DNA from: Calditrichia bacterium
GTDB taxonomy: Bacteria > Calditrichota > Calditrichia > JAJRVZ01
Reading direction: 5' to 3'
Assembly (NCBI GenBank): GCA_963796965.1
Contig: CAWCNS010000005.1
Location: 768,001-832,000 of the forward strand
Length of the DNA stretch: 64,000 nt
Numbering within the stretch: the first letter of the stretch is position 1; each line of letters opens with the position of its first letter. Below are positions 31,917-41,613 of this stretch, in pieces. A program made the translations under genes and the position numbers. The notes below the pieces were generated by a model that did not search any database, was not told where the DNA came from, and was given only the letters and a program-made list of their open reading frames with translations.

Positions 31917-32303
31917 GCCACAGAGAACACAGAGTAAATATTTAATAATTATTGACTTAAATGAATTATTTTATTCTCCCTCTCTGTGACCCCTAATTTA
32001 TATTTCATTATGTATCCCGATTTCATGAATTCAATAATATGATTTAATACGATTCTAACTTACTGAGCCTCTAACAAGAGATAAATCTACAGGTGGATAT
32101 TATAAGCACCCTTGAAATTATATTTATAAAACAATTAAATCATCTTTCTATCACTTCTTCTACTTGTATATTATTATAAATAACTCAGAGTATTTCTCTG
32201 AGGATCTGTCTGTCCCGTTAAGACTGGTAGAGCCAGGCTGGCGGGATGGTTTATTCTTTTAATCCTATTTTTCATTTTTTTATATCCCGATATAATCGGG
32301 ATG
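31917..32303. repeat. CACAGAG-type repeat arms with inserted CCCG..CGGG hairpins
   Basis: gccacagagaacacagag / ctctctgtgac; ctctgaggatctg[tctgtcccg...ggcggga]tggtt; atcccgatataatcgggat at 32284. Confidence 0.65.
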
Positions 32304-32310
32304 GCACTAC

Positions 32311-33378
32311 TTAGATACCTTTATTCCCGATATAGTTACCATAGGAGAGAAGCAACACCGATCCGGCCAAGACAAGAAGGCTAATACCAATGGCAACCTG
32401 GGTACGTCGGCGACACCCCTTCCATTCCTTAAATAAAATCCCTACGGCGTTACTAATCAATACAAGTATGATCATGTGAAGTCCCCAACTAGTAAATTCA
32501 TACTGGCCCATACGTACATGCCCAAGATTGTAAAAGAAAAATTGACCATACCACAGCGTTCCGGTAAGTATCGCCAGCGTATAGTTTAAAGCCAGGCGTT
32601 TATGATTTCTATCATCTGGGATATGCACCAATTCACGAAGGGATTTATTCTTTTTAGCCAGATACAGACTATACACCAGGGCAGTTAAAAAAGCGCCCGG
32701 ATTCGAGAAAAGATAAGCGATATTGCCCTTCCAATGCCCGGCGCCATATTTCTCGGCCACCTCCACTATCGGCACCGCCGCTTCAAGTGAGAAACCATAT
32801 ACGGCAGATAGCACACCAGCAAGCAACGACAGCAACAAACCCTTCATCAAAAAGAACTCACCCGTACCACCCTTTTTTGCCTGAAGATCAATTTCCTTTA
32901 ACCGGCCGGAGACACCACATAAACCTATCCCAAGAGCGCCGACAGCCACCCCCATTATAATATATTCAGAACCAGGTTTGGCAAGGATTGCGCCGAGTTG
33001 GCCACGAACCAAGGGGGGAATGATGGTGCCGAGAACGCTTGACAACCCAACAGCGATGGCATAGGTAAGTGAAAATCCGATATAGCGTATGGAGATATTA
33101 AAAGCGGTGCCCCCAACACCATAGGCTATACCCATTAAAAATGAGAGAAGCATGGGTACTTTTGGAGATTCATTAAGAACCTGAGCAAAATTAGGAATCG
33201 TTATAATAACACCAAGTATCGGCCAGATCAACCAGCACCAGGATGCCTGGACCAGCCAGAATATCTCCCAGGACCAGCGTTTTATAAATTTCTGAGGTGT
33301 ATAACAATTGGCTGCAAACGCAGCACCCACAGAATGCAACGAAACGCCTAATAAGGGATTAACAGGTACAGTAATCAT
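32311..33378 (-). CDS. rhaT: L-rhamnose/proton symporter family
   Basis: YTPQKFIKRWSWEIFW, IRYIGFSLTYAIAVG, LWYGQFFFY, SWGLHM, KEWKG; about 10 TM segments. Confidence 0.88.
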   Translation of the reverse strand: MITVPVNPLLGVSLHSVGAAFAANCYTPQKFIKRWSWEIFWLVQASWCWLIWPILGVIITIPNFAQVLNESPKVPMLLSFLMGIAYGVGGTAFNISIRYIGFSLTYAIAVGLSSVLGTIIPPLVRGQLGAILAKPGSEYIIMGVAVGALGIGLCGVSGRLKEIDLQAKKGGTGEFFLMKGLLLSLLAGVLSAVYGFSLEAAVPIVEVAEKYGAGHWKGNIAYLFSNPGAFLTALVYSLYLAKKNKSLRELVHIPDDRNHKRLALNYTLAILTGTLWYGQFFFYNLGHVRMGQYEFTSWGLHMIILVLISNAVGILFKEWKGCRRRTQVAIGISLLVLAGSVLLLSYGNYIGNKGI

Positions 33379-33447
33379 AGGTTATCCGATTCAACTTTGT
33401 GACATTACCAAGGTAGTATATTTCCAAAACTTTCTAATCCTATTGTA

Positions 33448-33505
33448 AGACCCTGAAACAAGTTCAGGGTGACAATGCTGTCATCCCGAACTTGTTTCGG
33501 AATCT
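33448..33505. repeat. Inverted pair of GAAACAAGTTC palindromes
   Basis: agaccctgaaacaagttcagggtgaca-atgc-tgtcatcccgaacttgtttcggaatct. Confidence 0.85.
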
Positions 33506-33680
33506 CTATTGAATTTATAATTGTAATCTCCTTAATTGCTTTTTATCTTCTTGTGCTTCGTGAACTTGGTGGTAAAAAGCGTTTCAAGTATCCTGAATTT
33601 GAATGTCAAGAGACCATTACTTTCCTGAAGGGTGAACGGCTCTTTGAAAACTCAGCGTTTTAAAAAATATTTATTCACTT

Positions 33681-34019
33681 TCAATCCACATGAAAAACTT
33701 CTTCCATGGAGGCCCACCACTCGCCTTCTTCCCGGTCAGGAATTGGTGTCTGGCAGGGTTTACAGACATCCCACCATTTTTGAGTCATGGGATCAGCGGC
33801 CATTTTAGCCATATCCCCATCAAAGTCGTCCCCTTTATATTCAAAATAGCTGAATAAGTAGTACGTGTCCGGTGGCAATTTTCTCAGGTAAATTGAATAA
33901 TTGTGAATATGACATTGTTTGATCATATCCAGAACCTCCGGCCAAACAGCCGCATGCAACTTTACATATTCATCAAGTTTATCTTTTTTTACTTCAAGCA
34001 CACTTCCAAATCTTTTCAT
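33681..34019 (-). CDS. rhaM: L-rhamnose mutarotase
   Basis: EYVKLHAAVWPEV, IHNYSIY, QKWW, GEWWASMEEVFH; start MKRFG at 34019. Confidence 0.92.
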   Translation of the reverse strand: MKRFGSVLEVKKDKLDEYVKLHAAVWPEVLDMIKQCHIHNYSIYLRKLPPDTYYLFSYFEYKGDDFDGDMAKMAADPMTQKWWDVCKPCQTPIPDREEGEWWASMEEVFHVD

Positions 34020-34079
34020 ATGAAGATCCTTCTCATATTTGAGGTGAATAAATAGATGGTTATTGTATATCTGATTTTT

Positions 34080-34255
34080 AACCACAAAGCACACAAAGAA
34101 GGCACAAAGTACTCAAAGGAAATTTTCTTATTAAAACTTTGTGATCTTAGTGCCTTTGAAATCTTGTCCCAAAGGGATTCCTTCGGAAGAGGATTCCATC
34201 CCGATAAGTCTACCTGATGTAGACATATATATCGGGGCTTGGTGTACTTTGTGGT
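34080..34255. mobile_element. CACAAAG-type inverted-repeat element with nested insertions in the right arm
   Basis: aaccacaaagcacacaaagaaggcacaaagtactcaaag ... ctttgtgatcttagtgcctt[~80 nt of hairpins]cttggtgtactttgtggt. Confidence 0.8.
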
Positions 34256-34298
34256 AAGTCTTTTATTTTTTCCGTTTATAGACTTTAGCACGACTAAA

Positions 34299-35474
34299 TC
34301 AGTCATTAGATTTCTTCATTGCTAAATCAAATTCACCTAACTGAAGTGGATATTTTCCATATTCACGAACGAGTTTAACGATATAATCATAGGTATGTCC
34401 GGAAACGCTGCTACTCACAGAGTGGTCTGATTGGAATATAAATCCGCCGCCTTTTGCAGCGTTTAGTTTCCGCAACACTTCTTTACGGATTAATTCCTGG
34501 TCACCTGTTTCCCATGTTTGAATATCACCATTCCCACAAAAACCCATTTGATGACCGTAATCATTTCTCAATTCAACTGCATCCAGACCGGCCTTTGTTT
34601 CCAGCGGATTATAAGCATCGATGCCAATATCAATAAAATCCTGAAATATGGCATTTACATTGCCGCAGCCATGATAAATGACGGGAAGATTTTTCTCATG
34701 ACAATAGGCGGTCATAGCCTGAACCCAGGGCTTGAAATAAGCGCGCCAATAATCCGGAGAAAAGAACAGGTTTCTCCGATGGGCAACATCCCCCCAGATG
34801 ACCATGCCATCTAATAGCCCTTCGCCTGCTTCTATTTCCGCTTTCAGACAATCCAAATAAAATTGCCCAATACGGTTAATCGCCTTTCCCATTCGTTCCG
34901 GATAAAGCCCCATCCAGAGCATTGAATTTTCTATACCTACAAGCCGTGTTAAACATTCGGCACACTCAATCATACTGCCAAATACAGGAAAATCCTCATG
35001 CAGATTATTTACCGTTTCTATCCAGGGGGGTGAATTGCGCTCGAAACCGTCACCAACACCGGCAATCTGATTATCACCCGAACTAAAATAGCGCCTTTTA
35101 TCATGGGGATCATCGAATGCAAAAGCCTCTAACCTCTCAATGGTATCGACCTCCCATCCAATAAATTCAGGCATTGGAAAATCATATTTTTTTCTAACCG
35201 TTCCCCCAAAACCGGTTTTGACGACAACTTCGGTTTCATCTTCCCGAATTGTTTCAAAAGACATGATGCGCGGATCCATATTCGGCGTTGTTACAATCCA
35301 ATCGAGATCATAATGATAATAGGGGCTCGCATCCCTGGCCAGATCCAGATCGGATCTCCACCGCTCAACAAAACTTCCCCAGAAAAAATCACTGATTGGC
35401 ACCTGATCAGGTTCTTCGTGCCGTAAGGCTTTCCGCATTCTATCCAACTTTTGCAGCGTACTCTTCTTCCGCAT
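34299..35474 (-). CDS. Uroporphyrinogen decarboxylase / MtaA-CmuA superfamily protein
   Basis: RMRKALRHEEPDQVP, WGDVAH, IYHGCGN, YNPLE, GGGFIFQSDHSV. Confidence 0.88.
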   Translation of the reverse strand: MRKKSTLQKLDRMRKALRHEEPDQVPISDFFWGSFVERWRSDLDLARDASPYYHYDLDWIVTTPNMDPRIMSFETIREDETEVVVKTGFGGTVRKKYDFPMPEFIGWEVDTIERLEAFAFDDPHDKRRYFSSGDNQIAGVGDGFERNSPPWIETVNNLHEDFPVFGSMIECAECLTRLVGIENSMLWMGLYPERMGKAINRIGQFYLDCLKAEIEAGEGLLDGMVIWGDVAHRRNLFFSPDYWRAYFKPWVQAMTAYCHEKNLPVIYHGCGNVNAIFQDFIDIGIDAYNPLETKAGLDAVELRNDYGHQMGFCGNGDIQTWETGDQELIRKEVLRKLNAAKGGGFIFQSDHSVSSSVSGHTYDYIVKLVREYGKYPLQLGEFDLAMKKSND

Positions 35475-35502
35475 ACTATCTCCTGCCCATTGAAAGATGT
35501 AT

Positions 35503-35636
35503 TTTCACGCAGCGCCGCAGAGAAACTTATCCACGAATTTCACGAATTAGTACAAATTTCACGAATTTTTTGAAAGATTAATAAAATTTTAATTATTCTT
35601 TGTGAACTTTGTGCATGCTTGGGGTGCTTTGTGTTT
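35503..35636. repeat. Chimeric repeat: CGCAG/CACGAATT left arm and CACAAAG-type right arm
   Basis: tttcacgcagcgccgcagag-atccacgaatttcacgaattagtacaaatttcacgaatt ... ctttgtgaactttgtgcatgcttggggtgctttgtg. Confidence 0.7.
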
Positions 35637-35698
35637 ATCTTTTTTCTCACTCAACGACACGACAATACGATAATTTTTCTTTTTGTATTTTGTATTTT

Positions 35699-38059
35699 TT
35701 ATTTTGCATTAATAAATGCCCATGTATCCCCAGCTTTGGTCTGAATGGTAACCACGCCCCTTTTATCTGGTTTCACTGACGAATAATTTTGATCATTCCT
35801 ACCTGCCTCAATTTTGGGCCATGGACTCAACAAACGTAATTGACCTCCATAGAGCGAGGTGATTTGCAGTCCCGATACATTTTCCACGGATCCCTCAGCT
35901 GAAACCAGAAATCCTCCCTGGGCACGCAAATCAGTAAAACTGGCTTTCGTTCCCGGGATTAATGCTGGAAATATTCTAATAATATCATCGACACTTTGCA
36001 TGAGCAACTCGGAGATAGCCATGCCAACACCAAATTGCTCCGTATAATGGCCAAAATCATTAAATCTTTGATGCGGTACTAACCTATTCAATGCAAGTGT
36101 TGCATTGGAACGTGTTCGCGCTTTAATTTCTGTCTCCAGCCATTCCTGGCTGCCCGGCATGCTCAACCGTGCCCGAGCCACGGCAAGCATAACCGTCGCA
36201 TTATTGCCATTCCATTTTAAACCTTCTATCGTACGTTTAAAAAGATTTTTTTCCACATCGGGTGACCACCAGGAGACAACATCGCCCGGAAAAACAGGAG
36301 TTGAGGGAACCGAAATATTATACTCAATGGGAGGTGCATCCTGGACATCGACAACAATTGGTTCATCTTCCCCATAAAGTGGATAATCCGGAAGACGCTG
36401 CAGCGCTTTCTCAAAACGCCTGACCAGTACTTCATCCTCTTTCAAAGTTTGGGCCGCTTCGATTGCTGCATTCAGCGTATAACGGATCAAAGCAATATCG
36501 AAGGTACAGTTGTAATTTCGATCAAGATTTTTCGTCCAACCCCAATGTTCCGGAGAAACCGACGGCCCAAGACGAATCGCATCGCCACCTTCACATTGTT
36601 CGATGAATTCTGCATAGAAAGTGGCGACTTCACGGATTACCGGATAAACGATATTTTTAAGCCTCTCCGGGTCAGGATCATATTTATAGCGCCACCACAT
36701 GGGCTGGACACTGAATCCGTTAACACCAATCGTCATCCCCCACACGTGGTGGATGTATTGTCTTCCAAGCCGGCTTTTACATACGGCCGGATCTTCCGGC
36801 TCATAGGCATACATCACATGCGGATAATAAGCACCATCCATAGAGAACACCTTGTTTGAAAGCCATTTGGCTCGGGTAAGATACTCAAACATTAAACGGT
36901 CATAGGGTTCTGCCAGGTCTGGGTGATTGGACTGGTAGGCGGTCCAGTAGGTCTGTTGAATATTATAGTTGGTATGATAATCACCATGCCAGGCGGGAAT
37001 ATCATTAATAAGCCCGGCAAATAAACCCACTGATTGTACGCCAGGCTTACTGACACATCTCAGAAAATAAAGCGAGCGATACCAGGTGGATTGGAGGAAT
37101 GGATTACCTAATTCCATCCCACTCTGTGACCAAAACTGTGCCCATTCCGATTCATGATTTTTAACAAGACTTTCTAATTCAGCGTCAACGGTTTCTATTG
37201 CCAATTTACTGGCAGCACCAACTACATCATTCGATTCAATGGAACTAACGATGGCGATTGCCTTCAGATTTTCTGTTGAGGCAATAGCAACAGCAAAGGA
37301 CATTCCTGGCCAATCCAAATCGCCGGGGATCTCTTGTTTAAGCCAAGAAACATTGTTCGTCTTTCCTGTCTTAGCCTCAGAAAGCCCGTCCGATATAACC
37401 GGCTTAAGTAAAATCTGAGCAGCTGTTTCGACGAGAAAAACATTCTGGTTTGCCAGGGCACGAATTTCAACCGGCTTCATTTCCGATCCCCGGATGATAG
37501 CCACCCCCCGTCGTAAATCGAGCTCGCCTTTCAATTCATTCGCGTCATCCGCCAGCGAAATGATAATCCGGGCACATTGCCGGGGACAGGGATAGGCCGC
37601 TGAGTGATAACTATCTTTTTTATCCCAGGTCATACCCTCCGGTAATACATAGGAACTGTTATTATTTCTTAAGGGGAAAGCGGATTCTGAGGCACCAAGT
37701 TGCTTAATCAAATCAAGGGTTGGAAGGGGTGGATCATTCACGGTTTCGACCCGGGCATCCCAAACATCATTTTTGGTCAGGTTTAATCTAAGGGAACTAC
37801 TATCCGAATAAATGAGGGCGTTGATATCCCCGTTACCGACGATCAGAGCACCATCAAGGATATCATTTAAATTATCTACTTTTATAGAAGCATCATCCAG
37901 GGCTTTTGGAAATGGAATCTTTTTCTCCACCCCTGAGACAGGAGACAATGTTATAAAGATAAGAAGAATGGTGGTAAACGTAGCGACGCGATTAATCGCG
38001 CCGTTACATTTACGTGATATGAAAAATAGTTTATTATTAAGATATTTTTGATCTTGCAT
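35699..38059 (-). CDS. GH95-like glycoside hydrolase (alpha-L-fucosidase-related)
   Basis: LIVGNGDI, KNDVWD, WHGDYHTNYNIQQTYW, SVSPEH, ELLMQS, LRAQGGFLVSA. Confidence 0.82.
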   Translation of the reverse strand: MQDQKYLNNKLFFISRKCNGAINRVATFTTILLIFITLSPVSGVEKKIPFPKALDDASIKVDNLNDILDGALIVGNGDINALIYSDSSSLRLNLTKNDVWDARVETVNDPPLPTLDLIKQLGASESAFPLRNNNSSYVLPEGMTWDKKDSYHSAAYPCPRQCARIIISLADDANELKGELDLRRGVAIIRGSEMKPVEIRALANQNVFLVETAAQILLKPVISDGLSEAKTGKTNNVSWLKQEIPGDLDWPGMSFAVAIASTENLKAIAIVSSIESNDVVGAASKLAIETVDAELESLVKNHESEWAQFWSQSGMELGNPFLQSTWYRSLYFLRCVSKPGVQSVGLFAGLINDIPAWHGDYHTNYNIQQTYWTAYQSNHPDLAEPYDRLMFEYLTRAKWLSNKVFSMDGAYYPHVMYAYEPEDPAVCKSRLGRQYIHHVWGMTIGVNGFSVQPMWWRYKYDPDPERLKNIVYPVIREVATFYAEFIEQCEGGDAIRLGPSVSPEHWGWTKNLDRNYNCTFDIALIRYTLNAAIEAAQTLKEDEVLVRRFEKALQRLPDYPLYGEDEPIVVDVQDAPPIEYNISVPSTPVFPGDVVSWWSPDVEKNLFKRTIEGLKWNGNNATVMLAVARARLSMPGSQEWLETEIKARTRSNATLALNRLVPHQRFNDFGHYTEQFGVGMAISELLMQSVDDIIRIFPALIPGTKASFTDLRAQGGFLVSAEGSVENVSGLQITSLYGGQLRLLSPWPKIEAGRNDQNYSSVKPDKRGVVTIQTKAGDTWAFINAK

Positions 38060-38080
38060 AGGGTTACTCCTTGATGATGC

Positions 38081-40264
38081 TTATTTATTTAACGTTTTCG
38101 TCAATATGGGCAGAATCAGTTCAGCCATTTTTTCATGGCCTTTTGGATTAGGATGCACCCCATCGGTTAACCATTCATCTAAATTTTGACCAGATTTTTG
38201 ACGCGTTGACCAAAATTGAAAATGATCGACAAACGCAATTTCATCATCCTCAGCCATCTGGCCACAGATAGCCACATATTTCCGAAGCATAAAATTCATA
38301 TCATTACTTTTATAGGGTTCATTATCTTTCGCTTTTGCACTATTGGTCATACGTGGTTCGGTCATTAATACAGGTTTAATACCTGCATCTCTTAACTTTT
38401 TAATTAATTCGTGAAGATTTGCTTCATATTTTTCGAGTGTCAGACGTGATTTATTTTTTCCATAGTCGATATGAGAATCATTGGTTCCATACATTAAAAG
38501 TACCATATCCGGATTTCGACCAATAACCTCCTCTTCTATTCTACCCAATGCCTGATCGGTTCGCTCCCCTCCTTTTCCAATATTTATTACCCACGCATTG
38601 AGGCCATTCTCTCTCAGATTTATTTCAAGCAATGAACAAAAAGTTTCATCAAGTCTAACTCCCAGACGATAGCCTTTAGTTATGGAATCACCAAAGCCAA
38701 TAAGAATGATCCGGTTCTTATTCATTAGTGTACTGATATCATCTGCAGAGAGAGAGAATCTGAAAGGTTCTGCCGGCAGATTGTCCTTATTCATGAGATT
38801 GCAATTTGGATAGGGAGCCCATCCATAGCAGACACCGGCTGGATCTTTTATTTTGGGATGGTATAGTACAACTTCATTACCTTCTATTATAGCGCTTGCG
38901 GGCAGCCGAATACCGGACTTGCTGATCAATTCAAATCCAAGCAGATCTTTTTCCTCTCCGGTATTTAAACTATTCCCTGTGTTTGTATAGAGAATCTTAA
39001 GCGTTTGACCTTTCCGGGTTACCGACTTGATTACCGGTCCCGAATCGATAATATCCTGTTTATAAGTCTTCTTCAAGGCTATTCGAGCCAGCCTGTTACC
39101 AACATCACGTTTATTTTTAGGATGTATATCAACAGGATTTCCAATATCAATGGTAACCGCCATTCCAGTGTTTGGTTCGCTTAATACCCGGGCCTGACCT
39201 TCACGGAATTCCGGCCATAAGTCTGCCGGATATCCGTTGATCGTACTCATTCCAGGTCACTGTACATAAAGAAATGAAAAATCTCCTAATTGCCATTCAT
39301 TTCGCCAATCCCGGATTAAAGTTCTGAACAACTTTTCATGGAGTGCCGGGTTGTGAGCATTGGATTCACCCTGGTACCAGATGACGCCTTTAATATTAAA
39401 GGAGATTAAAGGTTTTATTCCTGCATCAAATAAAAATGTTGGCTGGTAAGGATGTCTTAAATCCCGATGTTCTTCATCTTTATCGGGAGACAATCCACTC
39501 AAATTTTTTAGCCCCCGTCCCCGGCACCAGGAATGGACCATCTCATTCGATTGCCAATCATCCAATATCTTTCTTAATGTTGTATCACTTTCAAGACTTT
39601 TCCGACTGATCCAGGACTCGGTGGGGGAACCACCAATGGCATTATGAATCAGCCCGATTGGTACATTCAATTTTTGTGACAACATTTTTCCAAAGAAATA
39701 AGCCACAGCAGAAAAATCTGCCGCGTTCATTGGGGTGCATTCCTGCCATGATGTTTTGTCATAATATTTCTGGGGCCGGCATCGGTTTAAATCTCCTTCC
39801 TGGAATACACGATTATCAGGATAGGGATTGCCCTGCATATTAAACAAACGAAGGTTTGGCTGGAGAGATTTTGGAAGCTCTTCAGAGGCATTTGAGGCAT
39901 GTTTTAGCATAAAACGCATATTTGATTGGCCGGAGCATAACCAGACTTCACCAATCAATACATTTTTTATAATTGTATCATTAATAAAGATTGTATAGGG
40001 CCCACCGGCTTTTGGTGTTTTAAGTTTAATGATCCATTGGCCTTCTGTATTTGTAATGGAAGAATATTTCTCTGTATCCCAATTTGTTTGGACATGAATT
40101 GGTAAACCTGCATCTGCCCTGCCCCATATGGCTGACTCGGATTCCTGTTGCAGTACCATATTATCAGAGAATATATCGGGTAATTCAATTTGGGCGAATA
40201 CAAGATTTGTATAAAGGAGAAAAAACTGAAAGCAGGGTAACTTCATTTTAGAAATTATAGACAT
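38081..40264 (-). CDS. Sialate O-acetylesterase (SASA) fused to a C-terminal GDSL/SGNH domain; in-frame TGA at 39257-39259
   Basis: GEVWLCSGQSNM, WYQGESN, DIHPKNK; then GDSIT, GTND, DGVHP. The two ORFs share a frame (YVQ*PGMST). Confidence 0.85.
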
Positions 40265-40368
40265 TAGAATCCCTAATCATTTACACTTCGCTAAATGGTG
40301 ATCATCGAACAAAATAAATTTGGAAGATAAATAACTCTATTCAAATAAAAATAACAGCTACTCTGGTC

Positions 40369-41394
40369 TCAACATGTATATTTATATTCATGTACCGCAT
40401 CACGCATGGCGTAAATATTTTCAATAGGAATTAACTGATGCAGATCATGACTGGAGGCAACAATATAACCGCCCCCCTCGGCTAATTTCTCAATATGATC
40501 ATGGACATCTGATTTAACATCCTCAGGTTTACCATTAAGTAGAACCCCGTCAATATTAATATTTCCGTGAAGCGTTAATTGTTTGCCATATTTTTTCTTT
40601 AAATAGTAAATGTCCTGGTCTTCGGCAGAGGGATCGATCGGATTCAAAATATCCATCCCCATTTCCAGAAATTTTGGGATCCAGGATGTGACATCTCCAT
40701 CAATATGAAAAATAGTTTTAATTCCCTGGGAGTTAACCAGTTTGCATTGTTCCCGTATAAATTTAAATTCATATTTTGTCAGCATATCAGGGGATATCAT
40801 TGATCCATTACTGGTAATCAGCCCGGAAGAAATCTTCACCGCATCAACCGGATACCGCATATACATTTCCAATTCTTTCATACTGTAGTCATGAACATAC
40901 TTTTGGAAGTCATCAATAAATTGAGGATTGGTCAGGGTTCCCAAACAAAAGTCCTGATAACCAATGGCCGTCGGCACGGTAAATCCTGCCGTCTGGGCCG
41001 CGCAAACCAAACCAAAACCCGAATTTTGAATAAGATTACACGTTGCTTCTAACTTTTCTTCAAGCAGATCCAAATCCGGGAAGAAGATATCTTTAAGCGA
41101 TCCCCGGGTTTTCATATAGCCGTCAATATAATGAATACGCCCTTCCCTATCCTTTTTCTCCCTGCGTCCCAGATGCCAGACATGACCAAAATATACCATA
41201 TCATTGCCCATTTCGTGGTTCCAGGCAATCACATCCTCAGGTGGCAATTCAAATGAATGCAACCCCAGATCATAGCGTTTTCCCATCATCTTATTTACAA
41301 TGGCCATATCCGCTTCTATTTCGAATAATGGGATTTCAGACTGCTGCTTATGGTTTACGGCATTTAAAAAACGGGTTTTATTGGGATTACGCAT
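40369..41394 (-). CDS. Uroporphyrinogen decarboxylase / MtaA-CmuA superfamily protein
   Basis: NKTRFLNAVNHK, FHIDGD, LNPID, LHGNIN, GGGYIVASSHDL. Confidence 0.85.
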   Translation of the reverse strand: MRNPNKTRFLNAVNHKQQSEIPLFEIEADMAIVNKMMGKRYDLGLHSFELPPEDVIAWNHEMGNDMVYFGHVWHLGRREKKDREGRIHYIDGYMKTRGSLKDIFFPDLDLLEEKLEATCNLIQNSGFGLVCAAQTAGFTVPTAIGYQDFCLGTLTNPQFIDDFQKYVHDYSMKELEMYMRYPVDAVKISSGLITSNGSMISPDMLTKYEFKFIREQCKLVNSQGIKTIFHIDGDVTSWIPKFLEMGMDILNPIDPSAEDQDIYYLKKKYGKQLTLHGNINIDGVLLNGKPEDVKSDVHDHIEKLAEGGGYIVASSHDLHQLIPIENIYAMRDAVHEYKYTC

Positions 41395-41461
41395 TGTTTC
41401 ACCTGAATTATTGTATTATGTGCCCTTCGACCCTTTAAGTACATGGGCAAAAAAGAAAGAA

Positions 41462-41510
41462 GTCCACGAATTACTCCCGTATAACGGGACAGGTTGAATT
41501 TTGACGACTT
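41462..41510. repeat. CACGAATT-family arm interrupted by tcccgtataacgggacagg
   Basis: gtccacgaattac[tcccgtataacgggacagg]ttgaattttgacga. Confidence 0.75.
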
Positions 41511-41613
41511 AAATATGATTTTATAAAATTTTTTGCTCTGCGCCGCCCACCTATATTTGACGGGGGAAGGCTTCTATGTTATTATTTACCTTTCTAATAT
41601 TTTATCGCCCGTT

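Noticed and set aside
31899..32057. Possible IS terminal inverted repeats (gaggttgcgtataaa ... tttaatacgattct)
   Set aside because: Match too weak and no transposase trace
39240..39270. TGA recoded as selenocysteine or Trp/Gly
   Set aside because: The position corresponds to a conserved Leu, and TGA serves as the true stop in several genes here (e.g. 46881, 48550, 58544)
14452..41394. UROD-family genes as haem biosynthesis hemE
   Set aside because: No RQAGR motif, three divergent paralogues, sugar-catabolism context
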